Below are positions 1 through 8,324 of a DNA stretch of 27,338 nt, piece by piece. Below the pieces are notes generated by a model. The model did no database searches. It saw only the letters and a list, made by a program, of their open reading frames with translations, and had not been told where the DNA came from. This stretch comes from an archaeon (GTDB lineage: Archaea; Iainarchaeota; Iainarchaeia; Iainarchaeales; 0-14-0-20-34-12), in contig JBBSVU010000015.1 in assembly GCA_038046645.1 (NCBI GenBank), positions 1 through 27,338 of the forward strand, read 5' to 3'. The translations under genes and the position numbers were made by a program. How positions within the stretch are numbered: the stretch's first letter is position 1; each line of letters begins with the position of its first letter.

Positions 1-17
1 TAATGTCGTTGAAGGAT

Positions 18-40
18 AAAAAGGTTTCTGGAAACAGAAA
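18..40 (-). terminator. Possible terminator downstream of tRNA-Glu (6-bp hairpin plus T tract)
   Basis: TTTCTG-GAAA-CAGAAA at 25-40; on the minus strand it is followed by CCTTTTT. Confidence 0.3.
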
Positions 41-44
41 ATTG

Positions 45-117
45 TGCCCCGAACGGGACTCGAACCCGTGTTACCGCCTTGAAAGGGCAGAGTGCTTGGC
101 CGCTACACTATCGGGGC
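45..117 (-). tRNA. tRNA-Glu (anticodon TTC), no intron, CCA not encoded
   Basis: Reverse complement GCCCCGATAGTGTAGCGGCCAAGCACTCTGCCCTTTCAAGGCGGTAACACGGGTTCGAGTCCCGTTCGGGGCA folds as a cloverleaf: acceptor GCCCCGA/TCGGGGC, anticodon loop CT-TTC-AA, T-arm ACGGG-TTCGAGT-CCCGT. Confidence 0.97.
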
Positions 118-123
118 TCCGCC

Positions 124-185
124 TTTTCTTTTTTCTCTTATTAAGAGAAAAAAGAAAATGTAGGTTGCCAAAAGAAAAAAGAGAA
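124..185. repeat. Perfect 17-bp inverted repeat (124-140/142-158) plus a 16-nt mirror copy (170-185)
   Basis: TTTTCTTTTTTCTCTTA-T-TAAGAGAAAAAAGAAAA, then an 11-nt spacer, then AAAAGAAAAAAGAGAA (exact reverse of 143-158). Confidence 0.9.
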
Positions 186-296
186 ATTATTTTTCTATAG
201 CAATCCTAAAAATTTAACTTAACAAAGGTTCTGTAAAATGGTTTTTAAACCTAATCCTTAATTACTAAGTATAATTAAATTGAAAAAGGACTGATT

Positions 297-461
297 ATGG
301 CAACTAATGAAGCAATTGATAGGCTTTTTAATAATGTTTGGATTTGCATGCGATGCAATGCAAAGAATAGGGTCGGGGCGGGAAAAAAGCCAACTACTTG
401 CAGGAAATGCAACAGCAACAGACTAAGGTTAAAGAATAAGGTAAAGAAGGCAAAGGCGTAA
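297..461 (+). CDS. rpl40e: 50S ribosomal protein L40e (54 aa; absent from the ORF track)
   Basis: Manual translation MATNEAIDRLFNNVWICMRCNAKNRVGAGKKPTTCRKCNSNRLRLKNKVKKAKA; ICMRCNAxN...CRKC...LRxK zinc-ribbon signature. Confidence 0.93.
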   Translation: MATNEAIDRLFNNVWICMRCNAKNRVGAGKKPTTCRKCNSNRLRLKNKVKKAKA

Positions 462-510
462 AATAAGCCAACCTTCATCTATTTATTATTCTTATATTAT
501 ACTTTTATTA

Positions 511-1335
511 GTGATATCTTTGTTGAAGCCATATTTGGATTTAATCCGTGTAGGAAATTGTTTAATTGCGGCATTCGGTGTTTTAATTGGCTATCTTGTT
601 GCAATGCATTCGTTTGTCTTTAATCTGCAGATTCTGCTCGCAATGATTTCTGCATTTTTAATCTGCGGGGCAGGGCAATCAATAAATGATTACTTTGATT
701 TAGAGGTTGATCGCAAGAAAAAAATTAAAAAACCCATTTTGGAATTTAATCTAAATCCGAAAACTGTTTTTATGTTTTCAATCGCACTTTTTGTGCTAGG
801 TTCTGTAATAGCTTTCTTTACTAACACAATTACTTTCGCAATTGCAGTTGCATTTTCAATCCTTTTAATTGTTTATTCTGCCTTCTTTTCCAAAATTAAA
901 TATTTAGGCAATTGGATTGTTGCACTTGGAACATCTTTTACTTTAATTTATGGCGCTTCTTTGGTTGGAAATTATTCTGTTGTACTGTGGTTTGCCTTGC
1001 TTGCGCTGTTTGCGAATGTTTACCGTGAGCTTGTGAAAGATATGGAAGATTTGGATGCAGATAAAGGCATCAAAAAAACAATGCCTATGCTAGTTGGCAT
1101 AAAAAACACAAAATATTTATCAGTCTTCATTCTGCTTTTGGCATTTGTCTTTTCATATGTGCCATTTTTGCAGAATTTGACAAATTTCTATTATTTGCTT
1201 GCTGTAACCTTTGCGAATTTGATTTTCATCTATTCAATTTTGCAAATGGGAAATAATAATTTCAAGAAAGCTCAGCAGCTTTCAAAAATAGCGATGCTCT
1301 TTGGTTTAATAAGCTTTTTAGTTTCAATAATTTAG
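511..1335 (+). CDS. UbiA-family prenyltransferase, probable digeranylgeranylglyceryl phosphate synthase
   Basis: Multi-TM protein with Asp-rich motifs NDYFDLEVD and KDMEDLDAD; GTG start. Confidence 0.85.
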   Translation: MISLLKPYLDLIRVGNCLIAAFGVLIGYLVAMHSFVFNLQILLAMISAFLICGAGQSINDYFDLEVDRKKKIKKPILEFNLNPKTVFMFSIALFVLGSVIAFFTNTITFAIAVAFSILLIVYSAFFSKIKYLGNWIVALGTSFTLIYGASLVGNYSVVLWFALLALFANVYRELVKDMEDLDADKGIKKTMPMLVGIKNTKYLSVFILLLAFVFSYVPFLQNLTNFYYLLAVTFANLIFIYSILQMGNNNFKKAQQLSKIAMLFGLISFLVSII

Positions 1336-1339
1336 ATAA

Positions 1340-2008
1340 ATGATGAATTTTTCAAATGTTTTTGCTGAAAAAAGAAAATTGCTTATTGAATCAATGCTTT
1401 TAAGCGGTGCAATAAAATCTTCTTCAGTAAAGAAAGCCTTTTTGTCAGTAAATCGCGAGGAATTTTTCCCAAAAGACATTTTAGAATATTCTTATGCCGA
1501 TTCTGCCTTTTCAATTGGCTATAACCAGACAATCTCCCAGCCAAGCACGATTGCGATGATGCTTGAATTGCTTGCAGTTGAAAAAAATCAGAATGTTTTA
1601 GAAATTGGGGCAGGTTCAGGCTATGTTCTTGCACTTTTGGCCGAGATTGTTGGCAAAAAAGGCAAGGTTTATGGTATAGATATTGTGCCTGAATTAGCAA
1701 TGAATGCCCGCACAACGCTTGCAAAGCTTGGTTATGAAAATATTGAAATATATCACAGCGATGGAACCCTTGGATTGAAAGATTTTTCGCCATTTGACCG
1801 CATTTTGTTTTCTGCAGCATGCCCTGAAATTCCAAAGCCAGTGATAAATCAGCTTAATAAAAATGGGATTATTGTTGCACCCGTGGGTAAATACCAGCAA
1901 TGGATGCATATTCTGAAGAAAGATTCAGAAGGAAAGATTTCAGGAGAAGTTTCAGATTTAGGGCCATTTGTTTTCGTGCCGTTGAAAGGGAAGTATGGTT
2001 TTGACTGA
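1340..2008 (+). CDS. pcm: Protein-L-isoaspartate O-methyltransferase
   Basis: QTISQP, VLEIGAGSGY, PFDRI, VAPVG and C-terminal FVPL motifs. Confidence 0.93.
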   Translation: MMNFSNVFAEKRKLLIESMLLSGAIKSSSVKKAFLSVNREEFFPKDILEYSYADSAFSIGYNQTISQPSTIAMMLELLAVEKNQNVLEIGAGSGYVLALLAEIVGKKGKVYGIDIVPELAMNARTTLAKLGYENIEIYHSDGTLGLKDFSPFDRILFSAACPEIPKPVINQLNKNGIIVAPVGKYQQWMHILKKDSEGKISGEVSDLGPFVFVPLKGKYGFD

Positions 2009-2021
2009 TTAATCTGCTTTT

Positions 2022-2978
2022 TTAATAAAAAGTCGTCAAAGTTCTGTGATATGGCTCATCCTGGTGTGTTCTTTTCTGTCCCATCAGCCACAAATAATCA
2101 TTTACCTGAATTGAATCTATTTTCAGATTGTTTTTCCTGAGCTCTTTCTTAATTAATTCGCAAGCCATAATTGTATTGGCCCTTATTTCAATTTCTTCTT
2201 CACTGCCTTTTTTAATTTGGATTTTATTATCTATCTTATTTGCAAGTTCTGTTGAATAAGACATAACCCTAAATCTTCTCAATACCCATGGAAGTTTATA
2301 ATCTGCGCAGGCAGTTATCTTTTCCATATTTTTTAATCTGCCATATCCTTTTCCATTAAATAATTGGTAAATATCTGAAACCAGCAGCTGAGCCCTTTTG
2401 TAAAAATAAACATTCTTTCCTGCATATCTTGAAAAATCATTGAATGAAGCAAAGTTTGAAACAATCAAATTCAGCAACTTAATTCCATCACCGTTAGCTT
2501 CATTCACCAAATTGCTGAAATTTCCATTAAATTTTTTGTTTAATGCAGTTCCAATTTCATTTAATATTTTGCAGCGTTCTGCTAGCAATGGAATTTCTAC
2601 ATTACCCTTTAAAATGCTGCCCAATTCCTCTTCCGAAATAGCTGCCAGAAATTTTGGATTTAGGATATCTTTGCCTTCATCCAATGCCCTTACCAAAGAA
2701 GCAATCATTGCCCATGAACCATCATATTTTTTGTCTTTGTATTCGACAGCCCATTTCGGTTCGCCCCAGTAGCAGAAGCTTATGGAATTGAAAACAAGCA
2801 GGAAGTTTAATTTTTCTTCATCAGTTTCCCTTGAAAGATTCAAAGGGCATGCCCTGATCCAATGGCGCATTTCATTAAAGTCAAAATCCTTGCAAAATTT
2901 TGGAATTCTTTCCCTGTTTATGCGCACATGTTTTGAATTGTCAGCAACAAATTTTATATTTTCCAGAATCTGAGGCAT
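2022..2978 (-). CDS. Queuosine salvage protein family (DUF2419 / QNG1, queuosine 5'-phosphate N-glycosylase homolog)
   Basis: NSISFCYW, IPLLAER, FYKRAQLLVSD, ADYKLP, EEEIEIRA, NDYLW and C-terminal YHRTLTTFY match the family pattern as recalled. Confidence 0.88.
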   Translation of the reverse strand: MPQILENIKFVADNSKHVRINRERIPKFCKDFDFNEMRHWIRACPLNLSRETDEEKLNFLLVFNSISFCYWGEPKWAVEYKDKKYDGSWAMIASLVRALDEGKDILNPKFLAAISEEELGSILKGNVEIPLLAERCKILNEIGTALNKKFNGNFSNLVNEANGDGIKLLNLIVSNFASFNDFSRYAGKNVYFYKRAQLLVSDIYQLFNGKGYGRLKNMEKITACADYKLPWVLRRFRVMSYSTELANKIDNKIQIKKGSEEEIEIRANTIMACELIKKELRKNNLKIDSIQVNDYLWLMGQKRTHQDEPYHRTLTTFY

Positions 2979-2988
2979 ATTATCATAA

Positions 2989-4584
2989 TTAGCTTTCTAA
3001 TAATCTTTTCTTTACCCTTTCCTTTCCCAATGCAAAAATTAAAGTGCCAATCTTCGGTCCGAATTGCTTTCCAATCAAGGCAGAATAAAGTGCTTGGAAC
3101 ATTTCCTTTGGTGCTATATTTTTGCTTTTTGTCAGTTCATAGATTTTTGTCTGAAGTTCATCTGCATCCTTTGCATTGTCAATTATTGGGGCAATTTCCT
3201 TGAACAATTCTTTTACATTTGCAGAAATATTTGCGGAAGAAGCATCTTCCAGGAATTTTATCTTGTAATTATCTGGCGCAAATTTATCAATCCAGTTTTT
3301 TGTCCTTTTCAATTGCAATTGCACTGTTTTCTCCTCATCCTTATTTAATTTTCTTTCAATATGCGAAGTGTTTAGCATTAATTCTTCAACATCTGCAATA
3401 TTCTTTTCTGCATCAAACAATTGTGACAATAAAATTGAGAAGGAATAGGAAATTCTTTGCGGGATTTCTTTTGCCGGCTTTTTGATTAATGAGAGCTCAT
3501 AGCTTCTTGCTATTCTTTTGTCCAATTTTCCGCTTTGTGCGTGTTCCTTTCCATAGAAAATCCTTTCTGCCCTTTCAAATTCTTCCATTGCTATCAAAAA
3601 TGAATTATCCCTCAGATTTAATTCTATTACGCCATTCGGTTTTCTGGAAAAATTTAAGTATCTGAATGATTCAGGGTTTGCAACTGAAACCCAATCTTTT
3701 AGTGTAAACAAATTTCCGCGAGAGCCCGACATTTTTTCCTTCCCAAGCTGAATGAATTCTGTAGGGGTTTGGAAAGGCGGTTCAATTCCAAAGACTTCTC
3801 TTGCTATTGCTTGGCTTACATCAACGCTTCCGCCTTTTGAAAAATGGTCTTTTCCTGCAGATTCAAAATCAACACTATAAAGCTGCCAGTGTGCAGGCCA
3901 ATGAACCCTCCAGTGTAATTTTACCTTGCCTTTTTCAGGTTTTACCATTGCTTCATGGTTACAAGCCGAACATTTATAGCCAACAAGTTTTCCATCCCAG
4001 GAAATTGCATCTGTGAAATGTATTTTTTTGCATTGCTCGCAGACAACCTTTACTGGCAGGAAATTTTTCTGCTTGTCGCTTCCTGCTATTTTATTCCAGG
4101 TAGTGACAATTTGCACTGATTTATTCAATGCTTCAATAATTATCTTGTCAAATTTGCCCTCTTTGTAGGTTTCATAAGCAGAATAAAAAATAGGCTTTAC
4201 CCCATAATCATCAATGACTGATTTGACATCATAAACAAAGGCTTCTGCCCAGGTTTTGAAACCAGGAATTGGGCTCGGGGCTGTTGCGCATGAATATCCA
4301 ATAAACTGTTCCTTATCCTCTTCTTTGACATTTAATCCTTCAGGCACTTTATCAACAGCATCAAAATCATCCAAGATAAAATGCTGCTCAGCTTTATGCC
4401 CTAAATTCTCAAGGGCATGTGCGACAGAATAAGGTGTAAATATTTCAGGCCTTGAATTGCCTAAATGGAAAAATCCGCTTGGGGTCCACATTCCGTGGCA
4501 GATATATTTTGATTTTTTCTTTTTTTCAACCATCTGCTCGGCAACAATATCTGCCCAAGTCCTTACCTCATTATCTTCTTCCAT
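2989..4584 (-). CDS. lysS: Lysyl-tRNA synthetase, class I (start at 4584, or 4599 as in the ORF track)
   Basis: WAD, TPSGFFHLGN (HIGH-like), CEQC/CSAC Zn motifs, KLHWRVHWPAHW, FESAGKDH, KMSGSRGN, GPKIG. Confidence 0.95.
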   Translation of the reverse strand: MEEDNEVRTWADIVAEQMVEKKKKSKYICHGMWTPSGFFHLGNSRPEIFTPYSVAHALENLGHKAEQHFILDDFDAVDKVPEGLNVKEEDKEQFIGYSCATAPSPIPGFKTWAEAFVYDVKSVIDDYGVKPIFYSAYETYKEGKFDKIIIEALNKSVQIVTTWNKIAGSDKQKNFLPVKVVCEQCKKIHFTDAISWDGKLVGYKCSACNHEAMVKPEKGKVKLHWRVHWPAHWQLYSVDFESAGKDHFSKGGSVDVSQAIAREVFGIEPPFQTPTEFIQLGKEKMSGSRGNLFTLKDWVSVANPESFRYLNFSRKPNGVIELNLRDNSFLIAMEEFERAERIFYGKEHAQSGKLDKRIARSYELSLIKKPAKEIPQRISYSFSILLSQLFDAEKNIADVEELMLNTSHIERKLNKDEEKTVQLQLKRTKNWIDKFAPDNYKIKFLEDASSANISANVKELFKEIAPIIDNAKDADELQTKIYELTKSKNIAPKEMFQALYSALIGKQFGPKIGTLIFALGKERVKKRLLES

Positions 4585-4681
4585 ATCATCACTTCGCATT
4601 ATGCCAAATATAAAGTATATTATAAATGTTATATTATAAAAGAAATAAAATTAATTATAAATCAATCAGTTTATGCTGAAA

Positions 4682-5716
4682 TTATCCTTTTCCAAACCAT
4701 GAGCTTATTGAAGCCTGTTTTCCCCGTTCCTTTGCTTTTTCAGATATTTTTTCAATTACTTTTTTCACCCTTTCCTCGGAAAAAGCCCTTTCTTTGCAAA
4801 GGAATTGCATAATCCCATTTTCATCAGGTTCTTTGAATTCCAAATTATAATCTTCAGTGTACATAGGATTCATGAAGATTTCTTCAATCTCTTTGTAATC
4901 AAATTCGGGTTCGAATTTTGTCTCTTTTATTATATCTTCAAATGAATTATTCCCGTGTACAAGTTTTATTGCTTTTTTCGGGCCAATGTTCGGGAATTTT
5001 TCGCTGAAATCAGTTCCAAGCAAAATTCCAAGCCAGATTAATTTCTTGCGGTCAATCTGCAATTCTTTCATCACATTTTCAAGCTTGATCATTGTCGGCT
5101 TGATTTCATAATAAACGTCTCTTCCAGGCAGTTTTCTCTTTCCGCTTATTGTAACATTCTTTAGCAAAATCGGAGAGCCAAATAAAAGTGCATCATAATC
5201 CTGGCTTAAGGTGGCATATATTTTCCCTTCAGAGCACATCTTTGCCAATTGTGCCTCACCTTCACTTGGTGCCTGTACTACCGGCAGGCCCATTAATTCA
5301 ACCAATTTTTTTGATTCATCAATCATTTCAGAAGTCAAGCGAACTGCCCGTTGCGCATATTTTTTTGCTTCATCCATTTTTCCTTCCTTTTTTGCCTGAA
5401 GCATTTTTTCTTCAGCTTCTTCCCTTATCAATCTTCGTTCCTGCTGGGTTTTTTGCTTTAATTTGTGCGCCTTGCCGTCAAAAATAAATGCTGGTTTAAT
5501 GCCTGCTTCAATTAGATTAGTTGTTCTGTAAAGCAATCCTGATAAATGTGAAGTAATTCTTCCGGAAGAGTCCCTTAAAGGCGAGCCATCATAGCCAATT
5601 ATGCTTGATAAAAATTGGTAAAGCACATTGAATGAATCAATGCCGACAATTTTGCCTTGCAGACTCTCCAATTCAAACTCTTCACCTTTAACCAAATCCC
5701 CTAAATTGATGCCCAT
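4682..5716 (-). CDS. fen: Flap endonuclease 1
   Basis: YQFLSSI, TSHLSG, FDG, APSEGEAQ, SQDYDALLFG, GTDF, IGPK; C-terminal PIP box QASISSWF. Confidence 0.97.
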   Translation of the reverse strand: MGINLGDLVKGEEFELESLQGKIVGIDSFNVLYQFLSSIIGYDGSPLRDSSGRITSHLSGLLYRTTNLIEAGIKPAFIFDGKAHKLKQKTQQERRLIREEAEEKMLQAKKEGKMDEAKKYAQRAVRLTSEMIDESKKLVELMGLPVVQAPSEGEAQLAKMCSEGKIYATLSQDYDALLFGSPILLKNVTISGKRKLPGRDVYYEIKPTMIKLENVMKELQIDRKKLIWLGILLGTDFSEKFPNIGPKKAIKLVHGNNSFEDIIKETKFEPEFDYKEIEEIFMNPMYTEDYNLEFKEPDENGIMQFLCKERAFSEERVKKVIEKISEKAKERGKQASISSWFGKG

Positions 5717-5799
5717 ATTGCTTATGATAATTGAAACATTTATTAAGCTTTTATTGTGTTATATTTAATAGTAAGAGAGTTATTGGTTAGGTGATCTTG

Positions 5800-6180
5800 A
5801 TGGAGTGTGAACTCTGTGGAAAGGATTCTGCAAATTTAAAATCCGTAACCGTGGAAAGTTCTATTTTGATGGTTTGTTTTGATTGCAAAGCACACGGTAT
5901 TGAGAATAAGGTGTATCTGCCTAAAAAATCACAGCCAGAGTATTTTGCTTCAGGCAGCATGCCAATTGCAACCAATTTAGATTTAGCAGATAATTATGGC
6001 ATTCTAATCAAAAAGGCCAGGGAAAGTAAAAAATGGACTATGGATGATTTGGCAAAAAAAATCTCAATAAAGAATTCAACAATGCAAAAGATAGAGAATC
6101 AGTCATTAAAGCCTGAGGATAAATATATTCCTAGGCTAGAATCTTTGCTTAGGATAAAACTTAAAAGGACAGAGCAGTAA
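5800..6180 (+). CDS. mbf1: Archaeal multiprotein bridging factor 1 (Zn ribbon + XRE HTH)
   Basis: MECELCGK...VCFDC ribbon and IKKARE...DDLAKK...KIE HTH; GGTGA Shine-Dalgarno (SD) at 5790 favours ATG 5800. Confidence 0.85.
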   Translation: MECELCGKDSANLKSVTVESSILMVCFDCKAHGIENKVYLPKKSQPEYFASGSMPIATNLDLADNYGILIKKARESKKWTMDDLAKKISIKNSTMQKIENQSLKPEDKYIPRLESLLRIKLKRTEQ

Positions 6181-6191
6181 CAAATTGTTAA

Positions 6192-7604
6192 ATGATTGAT
6201 ATTGTTCTTCAGATAATTGCAGTACTTGCTATTTTTATTATTGCTACCCATTTTATCAGCAAAAGGAAAAATGTCCAGACTTACTGGCACATTGTTTCAA
6301 TGATAAAAAGCAAGAGATTTATTCCCTTACTTGACAGGTTTGTTGTTTTCAAAAAAGCATTGAGTTTTTTTGCTACTTTGGGCTTAATTTCTGGTTTCGG
6401 AATTATCGCTATTGATTTTTTATATGCGAAGAAAGCAAAAACAAAATTGAAAAGAATCGCTATCTTAATTTTTAGCTTTTTGGTTTTGTATCTTTTATTT
6501 TATTTCGGGGTTTCAGCAATGTTTGAAAATCCCCTGACTAATAGCCCTAGGGAATTAATGTCAGCATTCTTTGCCATTGGTGGGTTTGCTTTATTCACAT
6601 TTTATTTCTTGGCAGACCATGCATTTTATGTTATCTCAAGGATTCTGATAGGAGAAAAATCCTGCGCAGGCGTTGCTCCAGTAATCCCCGGAGTTCAATT
6701 GCCAAATGTGCCAATTTCTGTGCCATTGTATGCATGGATTCCACTTTTCTTTATTTTGATAATTCATGAAGGATTCCACGGAATTCTTGCAAGAAGGCAT
6801 AAAATTCCTATTAAGTCTGCGGGAGTTCTGCTGTTTGGCCTTCTGCCTATCGGCGCATTTGTTGAGCCTGATGATAAATACATGAAAAAAGTGTCGGAAC
6901 GCAAAAAACTGGAGGTATTTTCCGCAGGCCCTACCTCTAACCTTGTTTCTGCAGTGATATTTTTGCTTGCTATGTCTTTGGTGATGTTGCCTTTATTTTC
7001 CTCGCTTAATGATAACCTTGCAGGCATAAAAAAACAATCAATAACTGAATTGCAGATAGCTGATGTTAATCAAACAATTTCTTTTTGCAATCAGGAATTT
7101 AAATCTTCAGCATATGGGGTTATGCAGAAAGGCATGGTTTTGGAAAAGGTAAATGATGTTGATGTAAATATCTATGAGGATGTTGCTGAACAGCTTTCAA
7201 AAACATGGAAAAAACCCACAAGCTTTGAATTGCTTGACAAAAATTCCGGAAAAATTACCAAAGTAACATTGCAGAGCAATGAGTTAGGGAAATTCGGCTT
7301 TGATATTAATGAGGTTGTTGACCCTAATTATAAATTCCCTGAGAATTATGAATTGATTTTATTGTTAAGGGCAATCTTTTTTGGCATTTTGATTTGGTTC
7401 TTCATGCTGAGCTTAGCAGCAGGCATGCTAAACTTCATGCCGATTGAGCCGTTTGACGGCGGCAAGATTGCAAAAATAATGTTTGTCCCTTATTTGAGCT
7501 TTATGAAAAAGACAGTAAAGGAAAAAGAGCTTTGGATCCAGGGCTTTTTGTGGAAAATCTTCCTTGTTCTTTTGTTCCTGAACATTTTGCCGATGTTCTT
7601 GTGA
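6192..7604 (+). CDS. Site-2 protease (M50) membrane metalloprotease with PDZ-like insert
   Basis: HEGFH, GAFVEP, AGPTSN, NFMPIEPFDGG; multiple TM segments. Confidence 0.92.
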   Translation: MIDIVLQIIAVLAIFIIATHFISKRKNVQTYWHIVSMIKSKRFIPLLDRFVVFKKALSFFATLGLISGFGIIAIDFLYAKKAKTKLKRIAILIFSFLVLYLLFYFGVSAMFENPLTNSPRELMSAFFAIGGFALFTFYFLADHAFYVISRILIGEKSCAGVAPVIPGVQLPNVPISVPLYAWIPLFFILIIHEGFHGILARRHKIPIKSAGVLLFGLLPIGAFVEPDDKYMKKVSERKKLEVFSAGPTSNLVSAVIFLLAMSLVMLPLFSSLNDNLAGIKKQSITELQIADVNQTISFCNQEFKSSAYGVMQKGMVLEKVNDVDVNIYEDVAEQLSKTWKKPTSFELLDKNSGKITKVTLQSNELGKFGFDINEVVDPNYKFPENYELILLLRAIFFGILIWFFMLSLAAGMLNFMPIEPFDGGKIAKIMFVPYLSFMKKTVKEKELWIQGFLWKIFLVLLFLNILPMFL

Positions 7605-7664
7605 CTCACAACGTCTGGCTTGCGGAAGCTTTGTGACAAAAATTGCTGCTTTTTTTAGATATAT

Positions 7665-7720
7665 AAAAAACATACAAAAAACATATATTTAAAAAACAGA
7701 GTAAAGATAGTTTTTGTATG
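7665..7720 (+). promoter_or_regulatory. Putative antitoxin operator region
   Basis: Three copies of AAAAAACA(T/G)A at 7665, 7676, 7691 and inverted pair CATACAAAAA (7671-7680)/TTTTTGTATG (7711-7720) overlapping the start codon. Confidence 0.4.
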
Positions 7721-7993
7721 AAGATGCTGGTTGAAATAAGTGGCATTCCTGAAAGCATAATGGATGATCTAATCAAGAATGGGATTTTTAAAACAAAGTC
7801 TGAAGTTATTAGAGCCGGAATAATGAAACTAGGCAATGAATATGATCCCCTCATAGTTAAGCCAATAACTGACAAGAGGGCTTTAAAGAAAATAAAGCAG
7901 ATTGAAAAGGACATAAAATCCGGGAAAATAAAAACAATAGGCGAAAAGGAAATACTAAAAAAATATGGTTATTTGTTAAAAGAAGGCAAATAA
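7718..7993 (+). CDS. Ribbon-helix-helix (CopG/ParD-like) antitoxin
   Basis: MDDLIKNGIFKTKSEVIRAGI RHH signature; small gene upstream of a RelE-like gene. Confidence 0.75.
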   Translation: MKMLVEISGIPESIMDDLIKNGIFKTKSEVIRAGIMKLGNEYDPLIVKPITDKRALKKIKQIEKDIKSGKIKTIGEKEILKKYGYLLKEGK

Positions 7994-8038
7994 AAAATAT
8001 TGCCCTTATAATTTTCATTAGCTGAGAGAGTTGGAAAG

Positions 8039-8308
8039 ATGCCGTTAGAATACTTAGTTGAATTTACGCCAATTTCAGAAGGGCAATTTAAGAAATTGCC
8101 TAAGTGCATAAAGAAAAGGATTTTGAAAAAAATAATTAAATTAAAGCAGGAAATATGTTATAGGCACTTGAATAGGAATACTTGTTTTGTTGCAGAGGTC
8201 GGGCAGTATAGAATTGCTTTTTTAAAAGATGATATTATACTTATAAAAACAATAACTTTTATCGGCAATCATAAGCAGTATGAAAAATGGCTTGGCTTGA
8301 GGAAATAG
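8039..8308 (+). CDS. RelE/ParE-superfamily toxin
   Basis: YLVEFT...FKKLPK.IKKRILKKI...VGQYRIAF...FIGNHKQY; basic, 89 aa. Confidence 0.75.
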   Translation: MPLEYLVEFTPISEGQFKKLPKCIKKRILKKIIKLKQEICYRHLNRNTCFVAEVGQYRIAFLKDDIILIKTITFIGNHKQYEKWLGLRK

Positions 8309-8324
8309 GCTAAGGCAATTTATT

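Noticed and set aside
45..117. tRNA as integration site of a mobile element
   Set aside because: No integrase and no duplicated tRNA 3' end seen in the window; the 3' side lies mostly outside it
3..200. 65-aa ORF on the plus strand
   Set aside because: Antisense to tRNA-Glu and runs through the repeat element; no protein features
275..478. 67-aa hydrophobic ORF on the minus strand
   Set aside because: Shadow of rpl40e (297-461) on the opposite strand
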